From the NCBI GenBank assembly GCA_964016885.1, contig OZ024740.1, positions 74,152,001 through 74,216,000 on the forward strand: a stretch of DNA of 64,000 nucleotides, written 5' to 3'. Positions within the stretch are counted from its first letter, which is position 1; each line of letters begins with the position of its first letter. The notes under the pieces were generated by a model that was not told where the DNA came from, ran no database searches, and saw nothing but the letters and a program-made list of their open reading frames with translations. The translations under genes and the position numbers were made by a program. The stretch comes from Eledone cirrhosa. Lineage: Eukaryota. This document shows positions 49,352-64,000 of the stretch, one piece after another.

Positions 49352-49358
<7 letters not shown>
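48810..49358. mobile_element. Fold-back pLTR element with A4-variant hammerheads (48918-48968 minus, 49285-49335 plus)
   Basis: Arms ~48891-49007 and ~49244-49358, ~236-bp spacer, ~80-bp tail. agttt-CAGAAGA-tccc-gttaa-gggt-GAAAgcaa-cgattct-ttgCTT-aaact. Confidence 0.75.
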
Positions 49359-49440
<82 letters not shown>

Positions 49441-49495
49441 CATATATACATATATATATATACATATATATATATACATATATATATATACACAT

Positions 49496-49819
49496 ATGGG
49501 TACATGCTGAAGCATATAAACAATATGCCCCCCCCCCCCCACCGCAAGGTGGTCGTGGAGGTGCCACGGCAAAAAAGCACCCAGCCCACACTGTAAAGTG
49601 GACGTGTAGGCGCCACGAAAAAGCACCCAGCACTCACTGTAAATGAGGTTGGTGTTAGGAAGGGCATCCAGCTGTAGAAATCAAGCCAGATCAGTTCCTG
49701 TATGAGCAAGGCATGGTCAGCCGACCAGACACTGCCCACAACAGGACAACCCGTCTAACCCATGCTAGCGTGGAAGAACGGACGTAAAACGGTGATGATG
49801 ATGATGATGATGATGATGA

Positions 49820-49820
<1 letters not shown>
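49496..49820 (+). mobile_element. RTE family B 3' UTR
   Basis: Reverse complement of 45587-45892. Confidence 0.9.
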
Positions 49821-52600
<2,780 letters not shown>

Positions 52601-53224
52601 GGTGGCTGCCAACTCGTTTTCGAGTACGGCCACTACTTTACATCCATGTAGGATAACCCCTACCGAAGCGCTGAACGAGTGGACTTTTTAGTCCAGCCAG
52701 CGACTTGAAACCTCTGGTACAAACACTACACCTGTGACAAATTATTGACACATAGTGCTAGGCCCATGGTAGGACAATTATTGACACATAGTGCTGGGCC
52801 CATGTGAGGACAAGTGCAGAGAGATCTCCAGATATAAAGCAATGCCTGTGCGTGAAGCTTTTATAGTGAGCAAAGGCACTGCACAAAGCCAGTCCCACTC
52901 TCTTAACCAAGATGATATTTACAAAAAGAAGAACAAGTCCAACATCATTGGATACCATCAGGGTTGCAGGTGTTATATCAGAGTTTTCCTTCTCCTAGAA
53001 TTCTGCCTTGACTAAGGCTAAAGGGGTCATCTCTCCCGGTGATTTTGGATGGCCATTGACTCTTAAGAGCTCCTTTGCCCTTTGACAGGTTTTGTTTTTA
53101 GTCCTGCAGGATGTCCAAAGTCACCCTCCTCACCAAGAAACCTTGGTGGGGTTGCCAGTTTAGTCGCCAACGACCCGACCATGAGACAGGTTGTACTGGG
53201 ATACATGTTACCAGTAGCACCAAC
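52601..53224 (-). mobile_element. Non-coding ~610-bp element, copy 2 (internal ~36-bp duplication)
   Basis: Homologous to 54905-55500; acaattattgacacatagtgct..cccatg is duplicated at ~52737-52805. Confidence 0.82.
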
Positions 53225-53262
53225 ATATATATATATACATATATATACATACATATATATAC

Positions 53263-53299
<37 letters not shown>

Positions 53300-53454
53300 C
53301 ATATAAATACATATATATACATACATATATATACATATAAATACATATATATATATACATACATATATATATACATATATATATATACATATATATATAT
53401 ACATATATATATATACATATATATATATATACATATACATATATATACATTATG

Positions 53455-53485
<31 letters not shown>

Positions 53486-53598
53486 TATATATATACATAT
53501 ATATATATATACATATATATATATACATACATATATATATACATATATATATATACATATATATATATACATATATATATATACATATATATATATAC

Positions 53599-53629
<31 letters not shown>

Positions 53630-53640
53630 CATATACATAC

Positions 53641-53711
<71 letters not shown>

Positions 53712-53715
53712 CACA

Positions 53716-53747
<32 letters not shown>

Positions 53748-53762
53748 CATATATATATAGAC

Positions 53763-53817
<55 letters not shown>

Positions 53818-53848
53818 CATATATATACATATATATATATATATATAC

Positions 53849-53901
<53 letters not shown>

Positions 53902-53943
53902 CATATATATACATATATATATATATATATACATATATATACA

Positions 53944-53995
<52 letters not shown>

Positions 53996-54034
53996 TACAT
54001 ATACATATACATATATACATATACATATATACAC

Positions 54035-54065
<31 letters not shown>

Positions 54066-54222
54066 CATATATACACATATATATATATATATATACATAT
54101 ATATATACATATACATATATACATATACATATATACACATATATATATATATACATATATATACATATACATATATACATATACATATATACATATATAC
54201 ATATATACATATATACATATAC

Positions 54223-54273
<51 letters not shown>

Positions 54274-54552
54274 GATATATATACATATACATATATACAT
54301 ATATACATATACATATATACATATACATATATACATATATATATACATATATATATATACACATATACATATATATATACACATATATACATATATATAT
54401 ACACATATATACATATATATATACATATATATATATACATATATATATATATACATATATATATACATATACATATATATATATACATATATATATATAT
54501 ACATATACATATATACATATATATATATACATATATACATATATATATATAC

Positions 54553-54635
<83 letters not shown>

Positions 54636-54660
54636 CATATATATATATACATATATATAC

Positions 54661-54693
<33 letters not shown>

Positions 54694-54812
54694 CATATAT
54701 ATATACATATATATATACATATATATATACATATATATATACATATATATATACATATATATATACATATATATATACATATATATATACATATATATAT
54801 ACATATATATAT

Positions 54813-54865
<53 letters not shown>

Positions 54866-54904
54866 CACATATATATATACATATACATATATATATACAT
54901 ATAT
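53225..54904. repeat. ~1.7-kb (TA)n/(TACA) array
   Basis: Direct inspection. Confidence 0.98.
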
Positions 54905-55513
54905 GGTGGCTGCCAACTCGTTTTCGAGTACGGCCACTACTTTATATCCATGTAGGAGAACCCCTACCAATGCGCTGAACGAGTGTGACTTTTTAGTCCA
55001 GCCAGCGACTTGAAAACTCTGGTACAAACACTACACTTGTAACAATTATTGACACATAGTGCTGGGCCCATGGTACCATGTGACGACAAGTGCAGAGAGA
55101 TCTCCAGATATAAAGCAATGCCTGTGCCGTGAAGCTTTTATAGTGAGCAAAGGCACTGCACAAAGCCAGTCCCACTCTCTTAACCAAGATGATATTTACC
55201 AAAAAGAAGAACAAGTCAACATCATTGGATACCATCAGAGTTGCAGGTGTTATATCAGAGTTTTCCTTCTCCTAGAATTCTGCCTTGACAAAGGCTAAGG
55301 GGTCATCTCTCCCGGTGATTTTGGATGGCCATTGACTCTTAAGAGCTCCTTTGCCCTTTGACAGGTTTTGTTTTTAGTCCTGCAGGATGTCCAAAGTCAC
55401 CCTCCTCACCAAGAAACCTTGGTGGGGTTGCCAGTTTAGTCGCCAACGACCCGACCATGAGACAGGTTGTACTGGGATACATGTTACCAGTAGCACCAAC
55501 TAGTGACCTGACA
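54905..55513 (-). mobile_element. Non-coding ~610-bp element, longest copy 3
   Basis: The three copies share one exact end (ggtggctgccaactcg) and vary at the other; no ORF. Confidence 0.82.
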
Positions 55514-55670
55514 TAAATATATATACATATATATACACATATATATACACATATATATATACATATACATATATATATACATATACATGTACATATATAC
55601 ATATATATATATACATATATATATATACATATATATATATACATATATATATATATACATATATATATAC

Positions 55671-55733
<63 letters not shown>

Positions 55734-55740
55734 CATATAC

Positions 55741-55789
<49 letters not shown>

Positions 55790-55850
55790 TATATACATAT
55801 ATATATACATATATATATATACATATATATATATACATATATATATATAC

Positions 55851-55881
<31 letters not shown>

Positions 55882-56002
55882 CATATATATATACATATAT
55901 ATATACATATATATATACATATATATATATACATATATATATATACATATATATATATACATATATATATATACATATATATATATACATATATATATAT
56001 AC

Positions 56003-56077
<75 letters not shown>

Positions 56078-56270
56078 TATATACATATATATATATATAC
56101 ATATACATATATATACATATACATATATACATATATATACATATATATATACATACACATATATATACATATATACATACATATATATATACATACATAT
56201 ATATATACATACATATATATATACATATATATATACATATATATATACATATATATATACATACATATAT
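55514..56270. repeat. (TA)n array
   Basis: Direct inspection. Confidence 0.98.
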
Positions 56271-59200
56271 AGAATTTAAATGAACAGGCAAAACGTATCA
56301 TTAGATGTAAATTGATACATCTAACGAAATCGAGTGATACTACAAATACAGCCCTTGTAGACAACCACCCCACCTCCACTGACAGACAAAGAGAATGGCC
56401 AGCTAAATCTAACAGTGAACAGCTCATCAACAATTTTGCTGAAATCCATCCCACTTCCACTGAAGAACAGCGAGAAAGGTCAGCTGACTCTAGTAGTAAT
56501 TGTCACCACATCAACAACGAGGCTGAAATTCATGACTCTACTGAACAAACAGAGCACCAAAAACTTGTGGGCTCCCTACAAGTGATATGGAACGATATGT
56601 TTCAAGAGATACACAGCCTTAATGTGAGTGACAGACCATACAACACTAGAGTCAGTAAAGAACCCACTAAATTGGAATTGGAAGCAGTGAACGAAATAGC
56701 TGGCAATTATCTGAAGGCTATACGATCTAAAGGTGTAGAAACGACATTTGAAACGCTTAATGTTTTGTTATATGTTTCAGCTGTCACATTGCTATCATAT
56801 AACACACATCTAAAACCACGCAATCAAGATACAAGCAGAAAGCCTGAACCAGCGTGGATGCGAAATTTAAAATCCAAAATTTTGTCCCTGAGACGAAGTA
56901 TCTCACACATCGCAGTCGTTATGAAATGCAACATATACACGACACCAGGAAGACCTAAAGAAAAAGTTAGAGAGACGATTTTGAGATACAAAATTTAAAA
57001 CTTTGAACTCCAAATTACACCAGTTGAAACAACTCACAGCTACAACAGAAAGACTGAAATATAAGTCAACAGCACATAAACGACAAGTGCTAAATAGAGT
57101 GTTTGCCAGAGATCCTAAATCAGTTTATTGCAGCTTCGGTGGCAAAAGCTCAATCTCTGTAAATGACACCCTTTCAAAAGAACAGGTTGAGAGCTACTGG
57201 AGATCTGTATGGGAAACGGATGACGGATTCAACAGACAAGCTAATTGGCTAAAAGAACTGGAACAGGACTACTGCCAACATGTCCAGACAAAACAATATG
57301 ACATAGATGGGTCAATACTGGAAACAGCTCTACAGAAAATGTCGAATAGGAAATCACCAGGCCCAGACCTCATTACAGGATACTGGTTGAAGAATTTCAC
57401 TTTCTATCGGCAAGATCTCATACGGCTGTTTACAGAAACCATTAAGGGCACACAAGAACTGCCCAGATGGTTATCAACTGCCTCTACTCTCCTCATTCCC
57501 CAAAATAGCCAAACCACCCTTGCTAAAAATTACCGCCCAATAGCCTGCCAAAACATCATGTATAAATTATATACTGGGTGCCTTAACCTGTTCTTACAGG
57601 ATCACTGTGCTACCAACAACATCATAACACCTGAGCAAGCTGGTGGAAAGAGGGAGGTGTGGGGTTGCATAGATCACCTACTAACTAACAAAATGATTCA
57701 GGAAAAAACAACAAAGAATCGCAGAAACATGACTGTCGTGTGGCTGGACTATCAAAAAGCATTTGATAGTGTACCTCATGGGTGGATTGTTAAGGCTTTA
57801 CAGTTAGCTAAAGTCCCACAACCATTGGTAGCTGCTGTTGAACGCCTGACCAAGAACTGGTACACCAGTTTGATCCTTAGAGGTGAGAAGGAGCAGGTTA
57901 AGACTGATAAGATACATTACCAGAAGGGCATCTTTCAGGGTGATAGCTTGTCAGTGCTACTCTTCGTTCTCTCACTGAATCCACTATCTTACCTACTCAG
58001 GAAACAAGGTGGACAAAGAAGTGGGCCCAGAAGTATCTCCCATCTTTTCTTTGTTGATGACCTGAAGTTGTATGGACCAAATATCAATGACATCAAGAAA
58101 CAATTGGACCTCATTACACAATTTTCAACCGACATCAAAATGAAATTTGGTGAGTCCAAGTGTGCATATTTGGCAGTAAAACGTGGAAGAGCTGTGCCCT
58201 CCTTTAGAAATCTAGAGATGAACGGCCTGACAATACAACCTCTGCAGTCAGGTGACAACTACAGATATCTTGGACAGGATGAGAATGTCAGATATGATGG
58301 ACCCATAAATAAGGAGAGAACCAGAACTGAATACCTCAGAAGAGTAAAGAAAATATGGTCATCAGAACTATCAGCATACAACAAATACATTGCCCACAAT
58401 ACTTATGCTGTGCCAATTCTAACGCCAACATTTGGTCTACTGAACTGGTCATTGCAAGAACTAAGTGAGATGGATGTTAGAACTCGAAAACTTCTCAGTG
58501 TTACTGGGAACTTTAACATCAATGGTGATGTGGATAGGCTATACTTCTCACGCAAGGAAGGTGGCCGGGGTCTAAAATCAATATTAACAACATATGAGAC
58601 CCGGATAGTAACACTGAAGCAACACCTTCAACAGAGGAAAAAGGTTGGCAACCATCTTGCCCAGGTTTATGACCATGAAAAAAGAAATATCATTAGAATA
58701 GCGACTGATCTGGAGGAGAGATATGGAATAAAGCCTGATATAAATCTCTCACCCAGAGAAATCGGAAGATCCTGTTCAATGTTCAAACAAGATAAAAAAA
58801 TTGACCAATGTCCAGAAAAAGTTGTGCATGGATACTTGAGGCGTAAAACACAGACCATAGAGGGGATAAACCACTCAAAAAGCCTGGCATGGAGTTCCGA
58901 CAAGTTTATGACATCACACCTTGAGGGATATCTCTATGCAATACAGGAACAAGAACTCCCTACCAAATATCTGCTGCACAAAAGAGGAGGGCCAGTGGCT
59001 GACAATAAATGTAGGCTATGTAAAACAAAGATCGAGGATGTAAGCCACATTGTTGCCAGCTGCGAAAGAATGTCATCTCGCTACTACCTCCCCATGAGAC
59101 ACGATGGGATAGCTAGAACCATCTGGAACGCACTTCGGAAAACAAAATTAACAACAAACGAGGAAGAATATATTGAGACAGATGGCACTAAGGAATACTG

Positions 59201-59665
59201 GTGGAACCTGAAAATAAAAACTGCCACCAAATTAAAGCACAACCGGCCTGATATTGTAGTTTGGGACCACACATTGAAAACGTGTTCTGTTGTGGAGATC
59301 AGCTGCCCACTTGATGTAAACGTTGTCAGAAAAATACAGGAGAAGGAGGACATCTACGGACCATTGATGAGGAGTTTACAAATCCAGTATCCAAGATACA
59401 CCTTTAGCTTCATACCCATCATTATTGGTGCTACGGGTTATATACCAACCCGCTTGGACCAAAGTATGACTGAACTTGGATTTGCAGACAAAAAGCGCAG
59501 CTCCCTAATTCATAGTCTACAAATGGCTGCGATAGCTGGCACCTTCAAAATTTGCAAAACATTCTTGCGATTCAAGGGATGACAATTTCTTTTCTTTTAC
59601 AACCTTGCCACCAGGAAGGTGGCCGGTCAAAAAAATATATTCGAAATTAAGAGAAAGAGAAAACA
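56270..59665 (+). mobile_element. R4/Dong-like non-LTR retrotransposon (RT + CCHC + restriction-like endonuclease)
   Basis: ORFs 56312-56998 and 57003-59582; short 3' UTR with a gccacc/ggtggc hairpin; (TA)n on both sides. Confidence 0.92.
57003..59582 (+). CDS. RT-RLE polyprotein portion (859 aa, open)
   Basis: KSPGPD, NYRPIAC, WLDYQKAFDSVPH, GIFQGDSLS, FVDD, YRYLG, RKEGGRGL, CRLC..SHIVASC, RHD, RPDIVVWD..VEISCP..K. Confidence 0.93.
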   Translation: MNSKLHQLKQLTATTERLKYKSTAHKRQVLNRVFARDPKSVYCSFGGKSSISVNDTLSKEQVESYWRSVWETDDGFNRQANWLKELEQDYCQHVQTKQYDIDGSILETALQKMSNRKSPGPDLITGYWLKNFTFYRQDLIRLFTETIKGTQELPRWLSTASTLLIPQNSQTTLAKNYRPIACQNIMYKLYTGCLNLFLQDHCATNNIITPEQAGGKREVWGCIDHLLTNKMIQEKTTKNRRNMTVVWLDYQKAFDSVPHGWIVKALQLAKVPQPLVAAVERLTKNWYTSLILRGEKEQVKTDKIHYQKGIFQGDSLSVLLFVLSLNPLSYLLRKQGGQRSGPRSISHLFFVDDLKLYGPNINDIKKQLDLITQFSTDIKMKFGESKCAYLAVKRGRAVPSFRNLEMNGLTIQPLQSGDNYRYLGQDENVRYDGPINKERTRTEYLRRVKKIWSSELSAYNKYIAHNTYAVPILTPTFGLLNWSLQELSEMDVRTRKLLSVTGNFNINGDVDRLYFSRKEGGRGLKSILTTYETRIVTLKQHLQQRKKVGNHLAQVYDHEKRNIIRIATDLEERYGIKPDINLSPREIGRSCSMFKQDKKIDQCPEKVVHGYLRRKTQTIEGINHSKSLAWSSDKFMTSHLEGYLYAIQEQELPTKYLLHKRGGPVADNKCRLCKTKIEDVSHIVASCERMSSRYYLPMRHDGIARTIWNALRKTKLTTNEEEYIETDGTKEYWWNLKIKTATKLKHNRPDIVVWDHTLKTCSVVEISCPLDVNVVRKIQEKEDIYGPLMRSLQIQYPRYTFSFIPIIIGATGYIPTRLDQSMTELGFADKKRSSLIHSLQMAAIAGTFKICKTFLRFKG

Positions 59666-59839
59666 TATACATACATATATATATACATACATATATATAT
59701 ACATACATATATACATACATATATATATACATACATATATAAGAATTAAAATACTAGAGTGTGTTGGAGTTAAACACCCTCTTCATATTATAGAAATGAC
59801 AGAGGCTTGTATTGGCCGATAGTGCTTCTTATAGCTTTA

Positions 59840-59884
59840 ATTGCCCTGATGAGTCCTTAATAGGACGAAACATTGTTGGCTAAT
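59840..59884 (+). ncRNA. Minimal type I hammerhead in a ~190-bp solo insert (59740-59925)
   Basis: attgcc-CTGATGA-gtcct-taat-aggac-GAAAC-att-GTT-ggctaat; canonical core and 5-bp stem II. Confidence 0.88.
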
Positions 59885-59964
59885 AAAGACTTTTGATGTA
59901 TTGAAGGCTTCTTTATTTTCATAATACATACATATATATATACATATATATGTATGTATTATGT

Positions 59965-60317
59965 AAATACACCCCGTCCCGCCACCACCCCCACCCCATC
60001 CACACCACCCCGTTCTATGTAAAGTTATGTTGGTGCCGCGCCATCCAGGCCGAAACAAATGAGATCGTGTAGGTGTCACGACAAAAAAACACACAGTCCA
60101 CGCTGTAATGTGGCCGTGTAGGCAAGACGGTAAAAACCTCCCAGACCCACACTGTAAATGTGGTTGGTGTTAGGAAGGGCATCCAACTGTAGAAAACCTG
60201 CCAGACAGTCCTATGCGAGCAAGACAATCACTCTTGCCTCAAGTGGGACTATCCCCGTCCAAACCCATGCAAGCGTGGAACACGGACGTTAAACGTTGAT
60301 GATGATGATGATGATGA
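59965..60317 (+). mobile_element. RTE family A 3' UTR
   Basis: Near-identical to 19256-19608. Confidence 0.9.
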
Positions 60318-60476
60318 TATGTATATATATATGTATATATATGTATATATATATATACATATATATATACATATATATACATATATATACATATATATAC
60401 ATATACATATACATATATATACATATACATATATATACATATACATATACATATATATACATATATATATATATAC

Positions 60477-60525
<49 letters not shown>

Positions 60526-60614
60526 CATATATATATATACATATATATATATATACATATATATACATATATATATATATACATATATATACATATATAT
60601 ACATATATATATAC

Positions 60615-60647
<33 letters not shown>

Positions 60648-60678
60648 CATACATATATATACATATATATACATATAT

Positions 60679-60725
<47 letters not shown>

Positions 60726-60726
<1 letters not shown>

Positions 60727-61130
60727 TGTCATACTTTGGGAGGGTCATGTTACCAATAAGAAACACACGCTCCAGTTGCTTTCACTCCAATTTATTATAA
60801 ATTAAATTATAAATTTTAAAATTTTTTATAAATTTTAAAATTTTTTATAAATTTCCGGTTGGTTGGTTGGTTCCACAACCGGATGGTTGTTCATATATTG
60901 TCAAAGTTCTTTCGTCACACATTCTGTGACCTCATTAGTGACCGGGGATTCTTTTCTCTGTTTTGTGCCTCTTTTTTGTTCTGTCCTATGCCATCTGGTT
61001 TTTGTGTGTGTTGTGTTCTTAGTTTGTGCATGTGTTATGTATGCAGGTGTCTGTGTGTGTTTTTATTTGTTTATTTACATGTTACTAGTTAGTTGTTTGT
61101 TCTATGTGTGTGTGATTTCATTTTGTCCTT
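60726..61130 (-). mobile_element. Second copy of the 20351-20810 element, hammerhead mutated (60900-60942)
   Basis: Minus strand: gtca-CTAATGA-g-gtcaca-gaatg-tgtgac-GAAAG-aa-CTT-tgac. Confidence 0.75.
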
Positions 61131-61240
61131 AATTGTAAGTTGTGATGTTGCTATTCCAATCATTGAATGGAATAGCAACATCACAACTTACAATTCATAG
61201 AATAACAACATCACAACTTACAATTCATTGAATGGAATAG
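61131..61240. repeat. Small palindrome plus direct repeat
   Basis: aattgtaagttgtgatgttgctattcca is followed by its reverse complement, then a second aacatcacaacttacaattca. Confidence 0.85.
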
Positions 61241-62512
61241 AATGGACATCCCAGAAGAAGTGTTGGCAGTAGTGGTGATAGCAGAAATATGTGAAACGAA
61301 TGCTACTCATTGGTTGTCTTGGTGTAAGAGCTAAGCAAACACACATACACATACATATACAAACATGTATACAATTGTTTGATATAAAATTGTGCACAAA
61401 GCAGCTGAAATGTACTATGAATACATAACTTTACAGAAATAGAACAAGACTTAACCAAAGCTGCATGAATGTGTATGTAAATACACACAATTATATATAT
61501 GTAAACATTTGTTATGTCTATCTGAGCAGATTAAAAAAGATGAACAGCAGGATCTGAGTTTCAGTCCTATTTGAAAACATCATCAGATGCTATGCACAAC
61601 ACTTTAATAGTATATTTTTTTCAAACACATGAATAGTTTATATATTCAAACAACTGCATGCATACCTGACACAAAGATCGATTTAATAAGGATATTCATC
61701 CATGTAAAGGTTTTCTTAAAGCAAGTAAAGTCTTTAATTCTATCTACATATACTATGAACATCTTGTTGTTTCCAACACATTCATACAAAATCTAAGTTG
61801 GGTCAGTCAACTTTACCCTGCAAAAAACACTTGTTTTCTTATGGCTAATCTCTTCTTTTTCTTTGTATATGGTCAAAATAACTCTTTAAATATTATGTAT
61901 ATTCAATGATGAAATATTATTAACTGAGAAAGATAGTCACAATACAACTTTCAGTTACCATGATTACATTACAACAGCAAAATATTATGTTTGCATCAAT
62001 GATTTATGTTATCTATTGAAAACATTTGTTTTAGCGACCACATTTCAATCAATAAAATCTGCAACTATCTTCAAAAGACAACTTTGTTAAATGTTGATAA
62101 AAAACAACAACAACAACAAATGAGTGAAGTACAAGGATAATGGTAAAAGTTAAATGAAGAATATTAGGTAAAAATTTAAAAAAATGATAAATGCTGTAGT
62201 GAATGATAGTGGCAGTAACTTTGTAAACTAAAATGATTAGGACATAACCAGGTTTTTGTAATAAGCTCTATTTTTTGTCCCTGAATTTTCAAAATTCTCC
62301 TCTATATTTGTATACTACAATAGCCATGGCATCAGAATACGATTTTTCAAAATAAAATATGATAGTAATAAAAGTAATACCAGAAAACAAACTAATTTTC
62401 TTATATCATGTTGAATAATTCAGAATTATATAATGATATCTATTTAATGATAGTCAATAAAATAATTCTGTTTTTGTTATATTTTCAGTTCTTCAATTCA
62501 AAATAATATAAT

Positions 62513-62851
62513 ATGAAGCAGTATTTCAGCAGCCAGTTAATAATTTTCACCTTCTGTTGTATTGGTGTGATATTGTCTGGAGAAATTTGGGAAGGGAACC
62601 ATGAAAATACTGATAAGAACTTACTATCATTGATCACTAGAGGTGCAGTAGCAACACGAGACAATGCACTTATGGCACCACCAAGTGGATATCAAGGTCG
62701 AATGCCATCTTATTTTATACGAAACCAAAGAGGAAGTAAAAGAGAACCACAATGGATCTGGATGCCATCACATGGATATGTTCCTATCCCAGAACCTTCC
62801 AATATTAGAGGTTCTGAAAGTCGCGGTAGTACAATTCTAAGATATGGATAA
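62513..62851 (+). CDS. NKY-2: Neuropeptide precursor, NKY-2-like (C-terminal LRY-amide)
   Basis: Hydrophobic signal peptide, KR cleavage site, then EPQWIWMPSHGYVPIP...TILRY-G-stop (34-aa amidated peptide). WIWMP..GYV.P and RYamide match lophotrochozoan NKY-2 as I recall it. Splice acceptor ttttcag at 62488; AATAAA motifs downstream. Confidence 0.85.
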   Translation: MKQYFSSQLIIFTFCCIGVILSGEIWEGNHENTDKNLLSLITRGAVATRDNALMAPPSGYQGRMPSYFIRNQRGSKREPQWIWMPSHGYVPIPEPSNIRGSESRGSTILRYG

Positions 62852-64000
62852 ATATGGAATTATGAAAGAAAAACCTGGACTTTTAAGTAACTGCCAACAT
62901 TGGATAACTCTGTACTTCTCATCTTTCTTACAATAACACATATTTTTTGATTTCATATTTCCATATAAAAATAAATTTACAATATCTCTATAAAAATGTG
63001 TCTGTTATTATGGTTGTAAAGTGATGTTGTTAGTCTTGTATTAATGTTGTTGATAAATGCAATATGAAAGATTTAAAGTAAATAAACATGGTATTGAAAC
63101 TTGTTTCTTCAACAAAAGCATGAAAATAAGATCACAATAAAGACAGTATAATAAAAATAAATATAGATAGTATATATTTTGGATTTCTGTACAAAATAAG
63201 AATCTTTCTTGATCTATATATGTTATATATAAAGAATTTTGTAGGGCAGCCATTGAACTATATAAAACACCTGATGTGTCCCAGCTGCTTTAGTTTAAAG
63301 ATAAATTCATATGGTGAACTGATAGATAATTAAATTGCACTGATGGCCAGGGTTAATCGCTTAATCTATGGGAAAACAAATTATTATCCAAGTTGCAATG
63401 AGTGGAGGGAGATTTTGGCAAGCTGTTATTGTAGTTGAATGATGATATATCACAATAGTTTTAATACATCAGACGAGAGAAATGTCTAAATAATAGTATG
63501 CATTGAAAAAAACATCCTTTTTTTATCCACACAAAAGAGATATGGCAGAATAACACACTGTGTTCCCTGTATGTTGTAAGAGGTGACTAAAAAGGTTGGC
63601 AGCAGGAAGGGTATCTGGCTGTAAAACATTGCATAAAAAAGGACCCATAAGGCTAACCCTTGATTTAAAGGGGATATTTAACCTTAAAACACTTTTTTGT
63701 TGCACAAAAAGCTCACTGATGCGCTTCCAACTCATTGAAATGGTTAAGAAGAAACAGAAACCCACTTGAAGTTTATATGAGATACGTATGGGTCATAGTT
63801 TGAAGCAGAAATTAAGTTTCAGGGCTAAACTTTATTTGAAAATCATTAAGAATTAGAAGCCACTGATTTGTTGAAAGAGAAAAATCATAGAATAGCTATA
63901 TATGGTAAGAATTTATAACTTACTGTTTGTATAAAGAAGTGAAGAAAACAAACCAAAACTGCTTCTGGTTATATAAAACAAAACCACCCATTTTAAAGGG

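Noticed and set aside
54905-55513. 5' UTR of the downstream R4-like element
   Set aside because: Separated by 750 bp of TA, present in two further independent copies, and the truncation pattern indicates the opposite strand.
62744-62851. NPY/NPF or luqin precursor
   Set aside because: Lacks the RxRF/Y-amide and PP-fold pattern of NPY/NPF, and lacks luqin's peptide-after-signal layout and C-terminal Cys pair.

Overview
AT-rich metazoan DNA, most likely from an octopus or other coleoid cephalopod (inferred from very long (TA)n arrays, RTE LINEs with (GAT)n tails, tRNA/CORE-type SINEs and a lophotrochozoan NKY-type neuropeptide). About 80% of the window is a nest of retroelements sitting in (TA)n microsatellites: three RTE LINE families, a tRNA-derived SINE, two CR1-group LINEs, a nearly intact R4/Dong-like RLE element and several Penelope-like (Naiad-type, RT + GIY-YIG) elements. 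The only convincing host gene is an NKY-2-like neuropeptide precursor exon at 62.5 kb; its first exon may lie at ~12 kb, which would make the nest intronic. The main signal the ORF track misses is about 24 type I hammerhead ribozyme (HHR) motifs from at least 10 sequence families, found by eye and folded by hand. Many lie in fold-back (palindromic) non-autonomous elements, and some have natural core variants (U3-A8, A4, C4) or 80-100 nt stem II insertions. The best candidate for a new system is a retrozyme-like array at 25.5-27.2 kb: 504-bp tandem monomers, each with an HHR, an octamer/TATA snRNA-type promoter, a poly-T terminator and an internal (TA)n. No activity has been tested. Coordinates are hand-counted and element boundaries are approximate.
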